Shown here: one piece after another, positions 23,804-33,944 of the stretch | Numbering within the stretch: position 1 is the first letter of the stretch | Layout: each line of letters opens with the position of its first letter | Source of the DNA: Peptococcaceae bacterium SCADC1_2_3 | GTDB taxonomy: Bacteria > Bacillota > Desulfotomaculia > Desulfotomaculales > Nap2-2B | NCBI GenBank assembly: GCA_000681355.2 | Contig: JJNX02000004.1 | Span: 757 to 64,756, forward strand | DNA: 64,000 nucleotides | Direction of reading: 5' to 3' | Translations under genes and position numbers: made by a program | The notes under the pieces: generated by a model | Databases searched by the model: none | What the model was told of the DNA's origin: nothing | What the model saw: the letters and a program-made list of their open reading frames with translations, nothing else

Positions 23804-24346
23804 TTAACCTATTTGTACAAGATGCTCGCGTAAGCTGTTTAATTTAGACCTTATGCTGCCATCAATTACTTTATCGCCAATGCGTAGTATGACTCCCCCA
23901 ATAATTGACGGGTCTACCTTAAAAACAGGTTCAACCTTTTTTCCGGTAAATCTTTGAATAACCCCGCTCAGTTTCTCTTTTTCGGTTTCGTTTAACTCAA
24001 CCGCACTGCTTACTTCAGCCTGGATAATCTGACGAGCACTATTTACCAGTTTGACGAAGGCGATAAAAATGTCCTTCAAAAAAAACTGCCGGTAATTATC
24101 AATTAATAAATACAAAAAGCTTAAGGTAATGGCTGAAATTTTATCCTTAAAAATTTCAGCTACAATATCCTTCTTTTCTTTAATTGTAATTAACGGATGC
24201 TCCAAAATTTTACGTAAGTCGGTTATACTCTCAATTGTACTCACCACTAGCTTTATTTCTTCCTCTATTTGGTCTATCATTTTTTGCGCTACAACAACAT
24301 TATAAAGCGCTTCTGCGTAACGACTGCTTACCGCTCCTTTTAACAT
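23804..24346 (-). CDS. atpH: F1 ATP synthase delta subunit (OSCP)
   Basis: 180 aa, placed between atpF and atpA. Confidence 0.9.
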   Translation of the reverse strand: MLKGAVSSRYAEALYNVVVAQKMIDQIEEEIKLVVSTIESITDLRKILEHPLITIKEKKDIVAEIFKDKISAITLSFLYLLIDNYRQFFLKDIFIAFVKLVNSARQIIQAEVSSAVELNETEKEKLSGVIQRFTGKKVEPVFKVDPSIIGGVILRIGDKVIDGSIRSKLNSLREHLVQIG

Positions 24347-24828
24347 AACAGCTCCCCTGCCTCATCAATAAATTTTTGCACCATAGTATGCTGTAAATCA
24401 GGACCAACAGTTTGATTGATAATTTTTTCGGCGACAAGGATAGATAAGGCAGCTACTTGATTCTGAACTTCCAAAATTGCCTTTTCTTTTTCACGGGCAA
24501 TATCTTGCATAGCACTTTCTTTAACCCGCGTCGTCTCTGCTTTAGCTGCTTCAACAATTTCCTGGGCCTGAACTTCTCCCGCTTTAGTTGCTTGCTGAAT
24601 AACCTTCTGTGCTTCCTCGCGGGCTTTTTGCATCTCAGTCATACGCTGGTGATGAAGCGCTTCCGCTTGACTTTTTTCACTTTCTGCCGCAGCAACACTG
24701 CTAGTTATTAATTCCTGACGGGCAGTAAAAAGCTTAACAATTGGCTTATAAGCAATAAAACGCAAGACTACCAAAAGGATTATAAAATGTAATATTTGGG
24801 CCAATAAGGTTCCATTAAATTCTAACAA
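24340..24828 (-). CDS. atpF: Fo ATP synthase subunit b
   Basis: Single N-terminal TM segment followed by a long charged helix. A TTG start after GGAGGAGGGGAG is preferred over the ORF-track start at 24921. Confidence 0.88.
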   Translation of the reverse strand: MLEFNGTLLAQILHFIILLVVLRFIAYKPIVKLFTARQELITSSVAAAESEKSQAEALHHQRMTEMQKAREEAQKVIQQATKAGEVQAQEIVEAAKAETTRVKESAMQDIAREKEKAILEVQNQVAALSILVAEKIINQTVGPDLQHTMVQKFIDEAGELLC

Positions 24829-24963
24829 GCCTCGCTCCCCTCCTCCTTTCAAAATATTGCCCCTTTGGTTTATTGCGTGTCGGACGCCAGTTTTTACCCT
24901 GGAAAAACAAAGTAAGAACAAAGAAATTACCCTTAATCACCTGGCATCCGACCTTATCCATAT

Positions 24964-25197
<234 letters not shown>

Positions 25198-25270
25198 TTA
25201 TTTCCCCTCCTTTCTTTACCTTAACTTTTAAATTTAATTTTATTAAAAGCTTAGTTAACCAGATAATTTA

Positions 25271-26014
25271 TTAATGACTTTCTCCAATTGATTGACCAAA
25301 GTAAACAATGCTCAACATGGTAAAAATAAAAGCCTGGATGCAGCCCACAAAAATACTGTACCCCAGCCATATTGCCGAAGCAATAAACCCTCCCCCTAAA
25401 TCAATAAACCAGGGGAACAAACCTAAAAGTACCGCAATTAAGAGTTCACCAGCGTAAATATTTCCGTAAAGCCGGAAAGATAAAGTGATTGGCTTGGCTA
25501 ACTCTTCAACAATATTAATGGGCAAGAAAACAACACTTGGCTTCAGGTAATGCCCGTAGTGCTTTAAGGGTCCTTTAAATGCAATCCCGTATACCTGGAC
25601 CATAATGAAAGTAATTAAAGCCAACCCAACCGTAGTATTAATGTCCGCCGTAGGCGAACTTAAGGTAGGAATTAAACCAAGAAGGTTAGAAAATAAGATA
25701 AAAATAAAATACGTTAATACAAGACTAATTACGGCCGAAGCTTTTGTTGGATCAATTTGCTGGGTGGCCAAGCCTTGAATAAAATTATAAACTTCTTCAA
25801 AGATGTACTGGACGGCGTTTGGTTTTCGTAAATCTAATTTGCGGGTGGCTAAATAAGCAAAGATAATTATTAAAACCATAGTTAACCACGTCATGACGAT
25901 AGTCCGAGGGTTAAAATCTAAACCAAAGCCACCAATAGCCAAATGCCATGGTTCGTGGGGAAAACCCCAAAAATTAAGTTTTTCTTCAATTATACGATAA
26001 TCAACCATACACAT
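25271..26014 (-). CDS. atpB: Fo ATP synthase subunit a
   Basis: 247 aa, polytopic, with LSFRLYGNIYAGE (essential Arg). Confidence 0.95.
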   Translation of the reverse strand: MCMVDYRIIEEKLNFWGFPHEPWHLAIGGFGLDFNPRTIVMTWLTMVLIIIFAYLATRKLDLRKPNAVQYIFEEVYNFIQGLATQQIDPTKASAVISLVLTYFIFILFSNLLGLIPTLSSPTADINTTVGLALITFIMVQVYGIAFKGPLKHYGHYLKPSVVFLPINIVEELAKPITLSFRLYGNIYAGELLIAVLLGLFPWFIDLGGGFIASAIWLGYSIFVGCIQAFIFTMLSIVYFGQSIGESH

Positions 26015-26042
26015 CCCCCCTTTCTATATAATTTTTCCTACT

Positions 26043-26471
26043 TTAATGTACCTTTGCTTTTAAAACCTTTCCTGCTCTTAAACTTTTAAGAACAAAAACC
26101 GCTACCACTCCAGCAAAGATTCCCCATATGGCAATAATACCTATTGCCGTAGCAATAAGCATTACTAGCGAAATACGTGAAACTGCCCATAGTACTGCTA
26201 TAACTGTAAAAATACGCACCAAAGAACTTACCCCTATGGCCAGTTGAAACTTGGGCACTAAACTTTTATCCGGCTTAAGTCCGCTCAGCCTCTTTTCTAA
26301 AAAATATAAGTTCCACATTCCCACGCCTAAACCAACAAAAAGGCCCCATAGTAAATAATTACCCGTTTGCCAAATTAAAAATAAACTTACTACGGCTAAA
26401 ACAACTGCACTAATTTTTAAAGTAAACCTGACAAATTTTTTAAAGGGTAAATTAAGCGGTAAACCCCGCAA
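26043..26471 (-). CDS. atpI: ATP synthase protein I
   Basis: 142-aa membrane protein directly upstream of atpB. Confidence 0.7.
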   Translation of the reverse strand: MRGLPLNLPFKKFVRFTLKISAVVLAVVSLFLIWQTGNYLLWGLFVGLGVGMWNLYFLEKRLSGLKPDKSLVPKFQLAIGVSSLVRIFTVIAVLWAVSRISLVMLIATAIGIIAIWGIFAGVVAVFVLKSLRAGKVLKAKVH

Positions 26472-26474
26472 ATT

Positions 26475-26657
26475 TTATTTCTCCTTCCCAAAAAACTGCT
26501 TAGTAATTTTAATTATCCCGGTGATGCCGGCAGTCAATCCTAAAAACAAACCCGCCACCATCAACCAGGGCGTTGTACCAAGCCAATGGTCCAAATACCG
26601 CCCTAAAAAAACACCCAGTAAAACAGAGCCGGCTAACTGAAAACTAATAGTTGACAC
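26475..26657 (-). CDS. atpZ: AtpZ/AtpI-family small membrane protein
   Basis: 60 aa with two TM segments; first gene of the atp operon. Confidence 0.65.
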   Translation of the reverse strand: MSTISFQLAGSVLLGVFLGRYLDHWLGTTPWLMVAGLFLGLTAGITGIIKITKQFFGKEK

Positions 26658-26840
26658 CAGGGTAAAGGCTTTCGCTACGTTTGTGGTTTTTTTTATCTTT
26701 TCCCCATCGTCTTTTTTGGGAACATTATTTATTTACCATTCAATTCCTTTTTAGTTTTATTTCATAATTAATTATCTGAAACGATTAATAATAACTTCCA
26801 TATTATTTTTATATCTTTATTATTTTCTACAAAAAAATTA

Positions 26841-28031
26841 TTAATCCTTCCTTAAAAAATATTTTTTTAAGATATTTTTAGGGCTAAATTCTAAAGGAAG
26901 CTGCCTGACTATATTAAATCTGGATAAAATAAACCTGACAATTCGTTCTGCCGCTTGTCCGTCGCCATAAGGATTTATGGCCTCCGCCATCGCTTGATAC
27001 TTTTGCCCGTCTTCCATAAGAGCTTTTGTTTCCGCCACAATGTTCTTTTGCTCCGTCCCTACCAGTCTTGCCGTACCTGCGGCCACTGCTTCGGGACGCT
27101 CGGTAGTGCTGCGCATTACCAATACCGGTTTGCCCAGGGAAGGTGCTTCTTCTTGTAATCCTCCTGAATCGGTAAGTACCAGGTAACTTTTGGCCATTAA
27201 ATTTACAAAAGATTCGTAACTTAAAGGTTCCGTAAGATGAATACGGGGAGAAGCATTCAGTATTTTGGTTGCCTCCAAGCGTATAGCCGGGTTCTTATGA
27301 ACCGGAAATACAATTTCTACCTCGGGATAATTTTCACTGATTTCTTTTAAAGCAAAAAAAATTTCCCGTAAAGGCTTACCCCAATTTTCCCGCCGGTGAG
27401 CGGTAACCAAAAGAATACGTTTTTTATCAGGTGAATAAACAAGCCTATTAAATAATTCGTCTGCAAAACCGTAGTCAGGTTTTATAGTGGCCAGCAAAGC
27501 ATCAATTACCGTATTGCCGGTAACAAAAACATCTTCTTTTTTTACCCCTTCCCGTAATAAATTATCCCGGGCGGTAGGGGTAGGAGCAAAATGTATATCC
27601 GCTAATACCCCGGTTAACGTGCGGTTAATTTCCTCAGGAAAAGGAGCGTATTTTTTTCGGGTGCGTAAACCTGCTTCCACGTGACCAACGGGTATTTGTA
27701 AGTAAAAAGCAGCCAAGGAAGCAGCAAAGGTGGTGGTTGTATCTCCGTGAACTAAAACCAGGTTAGGCTTTGCCGTTAAAAATACTTTTTTAAAACCGGT
27801 CAAAACCCGGCTGGTTACGTCAAAAAGGTCTTGTTTTGCCTGCATGATATTTAAGTCATAATCAGGGGAAATTTTAAACAAAGTCAACACCTGGTCCAGC
27901 ATTTCGCGGTGCTGGGCGCTAACAGCTACCTTGCAGTCAAGCAAGTCAGGGTATTTTTTTAATTCTTTAACTACCGGGGCCATTTTTATTGCTTCCGGAC
28001 GGGTACCGAAAACAACCAGTATTTTAAGCAT
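26841..28031 (-). CDS. wecB: UDP-N-acetylglucosamine 2-epimerase (non-hydrolysing)
   Basis: 396 aa with FGTRPEAIKMAPV, VHGDTTT and DSGGLQEEAPSLGKPVLV. Confidence 0.92.
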   Translation of the reverse strand: MLKILVVFGTRPEAIKMAPVVKELKKYPDLLDCKVAVSAQHREMLDQVLTLFKISPDYDLNIMQAKQDLFDVTSRVLTGFKKVFLTAKPNLVLVHGDTTTTFAASLAAFYLQIPVGHVEAGLRTRKKYAPFPEEINRTLTGVLADIHFAPTPTARDNLLREGVKKEDVFVTGNTVIDALLATIKPDYGFADELFNRLVYSPDKKRILLVTAHRRENWGKPLREIFFALKEISENYPEVEIVFPVHKNPAIRLEATKILNASPRIHLTEPLSYESFVNLMAKSYLVLTDSGGLQEEAPSLGKPVLVMRSTTERPEAVAAGTARLVGTEQKNIVAETKALMEDGQKYQAMAEAINPYGDGQAAERIVRFILSRFNIVRQLPLEFSPKNILKKYFLRKD

Positions 28032-28057
28032 AAATATGCTCCCTACTATAACCCACC

Positions 28058-28540
28058 TTAACTATTATCGAATCTCGAACCTCGAACCTCGAAAAGGCCG
28101 GTAGAACCAAACCCTCCGGCGCCGCGTTCCGATTCAGATACTTCATCTACCTCTTGAAAACAAGCCGTAACTACAGGTGTTACCACTAACTGAGCAATTT
28201 TTTGCCCTATTTTTACCCGGTAGGTATCCTGGCCTAAGTTTATTAAAATAACTTTAATCTCGCCGCGGTATCCCGCATCTATTGTACCGGGGGTATTCAG
28301 CACCGTTAAGCCGTGAGATAGGGCCAGCCCGCTTTTTGGCCGCACCTGCAGTTCAAAACCAGGCGGTACTTCAGCGCAAAGGCCGGTGGGAATTATCTTT
28401 CTTTCCAAAGGCGGCAAAATAAACTCTTCCAAAGCGTATAAATCGGCCCCTGAATCACCAGGGTGTTCGTATTTAGGAAACCGGGCGTCAGGGTGAATAC
28501 GTTTAATTTTTACCTGACAGGAGATATTTTTAAAACCCAT
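28058..28540 (-). CDS. dut: dUTP diphosphatase
   Basis: GDSGADL, RPKSGLA, GTIDAGYRGE and GGFGSTG motifs. The start could also be the upstream TTG at 28558. Confidence 0.92.
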   Translation of the reverse strand: MGFKNISCQVKIKRIHPDARFPKYEHPGDSGADLYALEEFILPPLERKIIPTGLCAEVPPGFELQVRPKSGLALSHGLTVLNTPGTIDAGYRGEIKVILINLGQDTYRVKIGQKIAQLVVTPVVTACFQEVDEVSESERGAGGFGSTGLFEVRGSRFDNS

Positions 28541-28590
28541 ATATTTTTTCCTTTTCAATTTAAACTATTTACTATAAAAGTAATGTTTAA

Positions 28591-29220
28591 CTATTTAAAG
28601 TCAGCGGACTTTTTTACCGTCATGGTTGCCGGATCAACTATAAGGTCAGCAAAAACAGCCGGGGTATGCTGTTTTAAAAGCCTTAAAATTTCCAAGACTA
28701 CATACCTAATTTCCCATTGGGCAGAAGGGCCGCCCCTTAACTCAATAATGTGCCGCCATTCCCTTAAGTTTGCCGTAACTACAAGTTGTGTTTCAACTGC
28801 GTTAGGGAGGACAAATCTAGCGTCTTCATTTTTTATTCCCAGCTTTTGCAAGGCCAGGTATGCTTTTTTTACCTCGGCCATAAGGCTTACAAATATAGCG
28901 TGTGCCTCTGGATTTTTTTTTACCGTTTCAGGTTCAATATAAGCAAAGTTTGCCTCACTAACAAATCTTTGTGACTGTTGGGTAAGGGAGCATAAACGGT
29001 GTCTTACGAATTGGTGGGTAAAAGCGCGCGAAACCCTGCTAATCTTAAAGGTAGCGTAAGCGTGCTCAAATACGGAATGATGTCCTTTTAAAAGAAGCAT
29101 TTTGATAAATTTTTTTTCTGTATTTTCCGCTTGCCTCTCAAAAGACAGGTAAGCCGTCCGCCCTGCTGTTTCAATTAATTTTTCAGCCTGGGGGGTGACA
29201 AATAACAACTCAACCTTCAT
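28591..29220 (-). CDS. thyX: FAD-dependent thymidylate synthase
   Basis: 209 aa with the ThyX motif in QFVRHRLCS. Confidence 0.92.
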   Translation of the reverse strand: MKVELLFVTPQAEKLIETAGRTAYLSFERQAENTEKKFIKMLLLKGHHSVFEHAYATFKISRVSRAFTHQFVRHRLCSLTQQSQRFVSEANFAYIEPETVKKNPEAHAIFVSLMAEVKKAYLALQKLGIKNEDARFVLPNAVETQLVVTANLREWRHIIELRGGPSAQWEIRYVVLEILRLLKQHTPAVFADLIVDPATMTVKKSADFK

Positions 29221-29672
29221 TTAGTTCCCCGTTCCCCCAAAATATCTACCTGTATATCATGCTGAAGCAAAAAATTTATTCCTTCCTCTGTTCCTTTATA
29301 GTCTCGTCTTATAATTACCCGATTTAGAGCACAACTTACGATAAGCTTGGCACAAGTAACGCAAATATCCGCATTTACGTAAAGGGTCCCTCCCTGTACC
29401 GCCAGACCCCTTTTGGCGCAAACACATAAGGCGTTTTGTTCGGCGTGTACGCACGGTTTATAGTCCTCCCGCCCGGCTAAATCCTTCCGGCATACGCCAA
29501 TATCGCAGCAATGTTCTTCCCCGCTGACCACGCCGTTATATCCATGAGCAATGATTCGTTTATCCACCACAATTACCGCGCCTACTTTTTTACGTAAGCA
29601 CGTAGAACGACGGGCAATAATATCTACTACTTCCATATAGGTTTCGTCAAAGGTAGGACGTTTCACAACCAT
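29217..29672 (-). CDS. deoxycytidylate (dCMP) deaminase
   Basis: CVHAEQNAL and CVTCAKLIV zinc-binding motifs. Start placed at the internal Met (MVVKRPTFDETYM). Confidence 0.88.
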   Translation of the reverse strand: MVVKRPTFDETYMEVVDIIARRSTCLRKKVGAVIVVDKRIIAHGYNGVVSGEEHCCDIGVCRKDLAGREDYKPCVHAEQNALCVCAKRGLAVQGGTLYVNADICVTCAKLIVSCALNRVIIRRDYKGTEEGINFLLQHDIQVDILGERGTK

Positions 29673-29685
29673 TATAAAAAATTCC

Positions 29686-30924
29686 TTAATAAAGGGGGTA
29701 TTGCCTGCACAACTCTTCAACCATTTGCCTGGCCTGGGCCAGCCGTTGAGGATCATTTCTATGATGTAAAGCCAAGTGAATAATTTCGGCTAATATCTCC
29801 ATATCTTGCTCAGCCATGCCACGAGTGGTAACCGCGGGAGTTCCGATTCTTATACCACTGGCTTTAGCCGGCGGAAGGGGGTCAAAGGGAATGGCATTTT
29901 TATTTACGGTTGCCCCCACCTGATCCAAAACATCTTCGGCTTCTTTACCGGTTATATTTTTATCTCGTAAATCCACTAAAATCAGGTGCGTATCCGTTCC
30001 GCCACCGACTAAATTATAGCCTTTTCTTTGCAAAGCATTTGCCATGGCCCTAGCATTTTTAACCACCTGCTGCTGGTAAGCTCTAAATTCTGGCTGCAGA
30101 GCTTCTTTTAGGGCTACCGCCTTGGCTGCAATGACGTGCATTAAAGGCCCCCCCTGGATTCCGGGAAAAACGGCCCGGTTAATTTGGCTCTCGTACTTTT
30201 CGGGGCATAAAATCATGCCCCCGCGTGGCCCACGAAGGGTTTTATGAGTGGTAGTGGTAACCACATCGGCATAAGGAACGGGACTCATATGCTCTCCGGT
30301 AGCCACCAGCCCGGCAATATGAGCCATATCTACCATTAAGTACGCCTTTGCCGCCGCGGCAATTTCTTTGAACTTAGCAAAGTCAAGTGCCCGGGGGTAA
30401 GCGCTGGCTCCGGCCACAATCATTTGCGGGCGGTGTGTCATGGCTAAATCAAACAACTTATCGTAATTAATCTGACCCGTTTCTTCTTCTACCCCGTAAA
30501 ATACAACCTGAAAATATTTTCCGGAAATGTTTAAGGGGCTACCGTGAGTAAGATGGCCTCCGTGGGCCAAATTCATCCCCATAATAGTGTCGCCAGGTTT
30601 TAAAAAGGCAAAGTAAGCAGCCGTGTTGGCCTGAGCTCCCGAATGGGGCTGCGCGTTAACACTTTCCGCCTGAAAAAGTTCTTTAGCCCGCTGAATGGCG
30701 AGGCTTTCCGCAATATCTACAAACTGACAACCTCCATAATAGCGCCGGCCAGGATAACCTTCAGCATACTTATTGGTTAAAACAGAACCTTGGGCCTCCA
30801 TCACCGCCCGGCTGGTGGCGTTTTCCGAAGCAATTAATTCTAAAGTATTTTGCTGGCGGGCTAATTCTAAATTTATGGCCTGGGCAATATCTGGGTCTAC
30901 CTCAGCAAGCGGTCTGGTAATCAT
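29686..30924 (-). CDS. glyA: serine hydroxymethyltransferase
   Basis: 412 aa with [14 protein letters not shown] (PLP lysine). Confidence 0.97.
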   Translation of the reverse strand: MITRPLAEVDPDIAQAINLELARQQNTLELIASENATSRAVMEAQGSVLTNKYAEGYPGRRYYGGCQFVDIAESLAIQRAKELFQAESVNAQPHSGAQANTAAYFAFLKPGDTIMGMNLAHGGHLTHGSPLNISGKYFQVVFYGVEEETGQINYDKLFDLAMTHRPQMIVAGASAYPRALDFAKFKEIAAAAKAYLMVDMAHIAGLVATGEHMSPVPYADVVTTTTHKTLRGPRGGMILCPEKYESQINRAVFPGIQGGPLMHVIAAKAVALKEALQPEFRAYQQQVVKNARAMANALQRKGYNLVGGGTDTHLILVDLRDKNITGKEAEDVLDQVGATVNKNAIPFDPLPPAKASGIRIGTPAVTTRGMAEQDMEILAEIIHLALHHRNDPQRLAQARQMVEELCRQYPLY

Positions 30925-30927
30925 TTT

Positions 30928-31380
30928 TTATTCCTTTCCGTATTTTTGTTCCATAGCGGTAATTTTAGCTACCCGGCGGGCATGCCGGCCTCCTTGAAAT
31001 TCAGCCTTAAGCCAGGTACGGACTATTTCTATGGCCAGGCCATTCCCAATCACCCTTTGACCCAGCGTTAAGATATTGGCGTCGTTGTGTTCCCGGGCCA
31101 TCCGGGCGGAAAAACAATCGTGGCATAAGGCCGCCCTCACGCCAGGAATTTTGTTGGCGGCAATAACCATCCCAATACCTGTACCACAGCATAAAATACC
31201 CTGTTCAAAATCACCTTTTCGGACAACTTCAGCCACCATTAAAGCATAATCAGGATAATCAACGGCTTCTTCCGAAAAAGGACCTAAGTCATGGAAAGCA
31301 ATACCTTCTTGTCGCAAAAAAACTATAATTTCTTTTTTTAAACGAAACCCACCGTGGTCACTAGCCAGGGCAACCCACAT
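30928..31380 (-). CDS. rpiB: ribose-5-phosphate isomerase B
   Basis: 150 aa with GILCCGTGIGM and a C-terminal GGRHARRV. Confidence 0.93.
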   Translation of the reverse strand: MWVALASDHGGFRLKKEIIVFLRQEGIAFHDLGPFSEEAVDYPDYALMVAEVVRKGDFEQGILCCGTGIGMVIAANKIPGVRAALCHDCFSARMAREHNDANILTLGQRVIGNGLAIEIVRTWLKAEFQGGRHARRVAKITAMEQKYGKE

Positions 31381-31454
31381 TGTTACCTACCTTTACTTTC
31401 CTTAATATTTTCTACAAGAACTAAGATATTCCTCTAAATAATTTAAAAATTATA

Positions 31455-31907
31455 TCATGGCTTTTTAAAAACTTGGGTAATCAGATCTTTTAACGTGGTC
31501 GCACACTTACGGTAAACATTTATGGAATAACCCAGCGGGTCAATAATATCCTCATCACTTTCTCCTGCGTACGCTACTAAAGTAAAAGTTTTATTTGCTG
31601 CCTCAGGAACCATTTCACATACCTGGACCCGGTGCATTCTGGTCATGGTTAAAATTAAACCGGCCTGTTTTACCATTTCCGGTGTTAGGAGCTTAGCCCG
31701 GTGTTTACTTAAATCCAACCCCATTTCCTGCATAACCGTAACCGCTTCTTTGGAAGCAGGCGCACCTGGCCATGCGGCCAGGCCGGCGGAAGAGATTTCA
31801 ATTTCTTTTTCCCGCCCTTGACTTTTCAACACCTGCCTGGCAATAACTTCAGCCATACTGCTGCGGCAAGTATTGCCCGTACAAACAAAAAGAACTTTTT
31901 GGGCCAT
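31455..31907 (-). CDS. low-molecular-weight protein (arginine/tyrosine) phosphatase
   Basis: 150 aa with the VCTGNTCRS P-loop and a DP motif. Synteny matches B. subtilis ywlE. Confidence 0.88.
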   Translation of the reverse strand: MAQKVLFVCTGNTCRSSMAEVIARQVLKSQGREKEIEISSAGLAAWPGAPASKEAVTVMQEMGLDLSKHRAKLLTPEMVKQAGLILTMTRMHRVQVCEMVPEAANKTFTLVAYAGESDEDIIDPLGYSINVYRKCATTLKDLITQVFKKP

Positions 31908-31917
31908 TTATTTCACC

Positions 31918-32460
31918 TCAAAAAAATAACTTTACCCCTACTCCAATTAAAACAAGACCGCCGCACATTTGAGCCCGGCGGCCTGCCAGACGGTTTAAAT
32001 AACGCCCGCCAATAAGGCCGCTTAAGGTCATTAAACCCGCTACCAACCCAATTACTATTACCGTCCAAAATAAACTTATTTTTTGGGTTCCCAACGAAAA
32101 ACCAACGCTAAGAGCATCCATACTGACGCTAAGCCCTAATAAAAAATACCCCCAACTGCTGTTTAACAGCCTGGTAGAGATTTCTTGGCCAGTTTTTTGG
32201 CGGGTTACCCAAATTAAATGAACCCCGAGATAAATTAAAATCAAAGCCCCGACAAGGCTGGCCAGCCGGCCTAAATAGTTACCCATTATTTCTCCTATTT
32301 GCCAGCCCGCAAGCGGCATGGCAATATGGAAAAATAAAATAATTAAACTTAAGGTTATTGCTTGCCGAAAATTAACGCCGGCTAAGCCCAAACCCAGGCA
32401 TAAAGAAAAAGCATCGGTACCCAAAGCTAGGGCCAGTAAGATTAAAAGAATTAAGTCCAA
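31918..32460 (-). CDS. mntP: manganese efflux pump MntP
   Basis: 180 aa with six TM segments and a duplicated DAFS / DALSVG motif. Confidence 0.85.
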   Translation of the reverse strand: MDLILLILLALALGTDAFSLCLGLGLAGVNFRQAITLSLIILFFHIAMPLAGWQIGEIMGNYLGRLASLVGALILIYLGVHLIWVTRQKTGQEISTRLLNSSWGYFLLGLSVSMDALSVGFSLGTQKISLFWTVIVIGLVAGLMTLSGLIGGRYLNRLAGRRAQMCGGLVLIGVGVKLFF

Positions 32461-33566
32461 CAGTTGTCTCCCAGTCTGATAATATTATTTCCCGCCGCCC
32501 GGCGCAAACGGTTCATTACGGCTAAGCCTACGCCAACCGGGGGCGTCCCTTCCGCTAAAATGAGGTCTACCCCTAATTCATCAAAGCGCCTTAGGATACG
32601 GTACAGGTTTGCCGCTACACTGGCCGGTTCACACCGGTCACCGGCCACCAGCACTTCTCCTTGCCGGTAGTGCTCGGCCGTTTCTTTATAGGTAAAAATG
32701 CCTACCCGTAAACCGGCTTTTTGGTAACGACTAGCTAGTTCATTAATATATTTGGTCACTTGCGGGACATTTCCTTCAATAAGATATAAAGGAGCCCGGG
32801 GGGCATAGTGCCGGTACTTCATCCCCGGTGAACGCGGCCGCCATTTTTCAGAGGTAGTATCTGTTTTAAAGCTGGTTATTATTCCTTTAGCGGCCGGGTC
32901 TAAACATACTTTTCCCGCCACGGCTTCAATTTCAGCCGGGGTTATTTTTCCCGGACGCAATATTGCCGGGATTGCCCCGGTCAAGTCCACCACCGTTGAC
33001 TCCACTCCTATTTCGGTCGGCCCGCCGTCTATTATCGCGTCAATTTTTCCGTTTAAATCGGCCCAAACATGTTTGGCGGTGGTAGGGCTGGGGCAGCCCG
33101 AAAGATTTGCGCTTGGAGCAGCTATGGGTACATCAGCAGCTCTGATTAAAGCTAAAGCCACCGGATGAGCCGGCAAGCGAATGGCTACGGTATCCAATCC
33201 CGCTGAAACCTCTGCGGGTACTGTTTCCGGACGCGGCAAAATTAACGTAAGTGGTCCGGGCCAAAAAACTTCCGCCAAATAAAGAGCAAGAGGAGATACA
33301 GAAGAAGATAACTGATAAATATCGGCCAGGACAGCAATATGAACAATAAGCGGGTTATCTAAAGGACGGCCTTTGGCGTTAAAAATTTTCGCAATTGCCT
33401 TACGGTCAAACACGTTTGCTCCTAAGCCATAAACAGTTTCGGTAGGAAAAGCTACTAAACCACCCTGCCGGATTATTTCCCCCGCCTGTTTAATAACTTC
33501 TTCCGCCGGTTCCTGGGCGTTTACCTTCCAGTAAAAAGTTTTTAGCGGCAAAACAAGATCTCCCAA
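32451..33566 (-). CDS. tsaC: L-threonylcarbamoyladenylate synthase (long YwlC/Sua5 type)
   Basis: 371 aa with FPTETVYGLGAN, KGRPLDNPLIVH, SANLSG and a Sua5 C-terminal domain. Confidence 0.9.
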   Translation of the reverse strand: MGDLVLPLKTFYWKVNAQEPAEEVIKQAGEIIRQGGLVAFPTETVYGLGANVFDRKAIAKIFNAKGRPLDNPLIVHIAVLADIYQLSSSVSPLALYLAEVFWPGPLTLILPRPETVPAEVSAGLDTVAIRLPAHPVALALIRAADVPIAAPSANLSGCPSPTTAKHVWADLNGKIDAIIDGGPTEIGVESTVVDLTGAIPAILRPGKITPAEIEAVAGKVCLDPAAKGIITSFKTDTTSEKWRPRSPGMKYRHYAPRAPLYLIEGNVPQVTKYINELASRYQKAGLRVGIFTYKETAEHYRQGEVLVAGDRCEPASVAANLYRILRRFDELGVDLILAEGTPPVGVGLAVMNRLRRAAGNNIIRLGDNCWT

Positions 33567-33646
33567 ATAAGTTACCCCTCAAAGCTTAGCCATCTGTAAA
33601 TTTTAAGCTATTAATTTAGTTTAATAAACCAATAAACTTGTATATT

Positions 33647-33775
33647 GTAACTACTCAGGCACATAGGGGCAAAGGCACACAGGCACAAAGTTTTTTGCCA
33701 GACTTGCAGATCTCTATATGTTTTTATTTCCCTTTGCCCCTCTGTGCCTTTGCCCCTATGAACCTAAATAGTTAC
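33647..33775. mobile_element. MITE-like element, copy C (short, nearly palindromic form)
   Basis: 129 bp with roughly 45-bp terminal inverted repeats. Flanked by a perfect 8-bp direct repeat TGTATATT (33639-33646 and 33776-33783). Confidence 0.85.
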
Positions 33776-33944
33776 TGTATATTAATTATAGCTTAAAAAC
33801 TAATAAAAAATAATTTCTATTTTGAAATATTTTGGCCCAGGCTATCTTGTAAAGAATATTTTAATCCAATTCAATAAATCATACTCCTGATTAGTATGCT
33901 ATAATGAAGCATTACAATCTTAATCTTAGAAAGTCTGTATAGGC

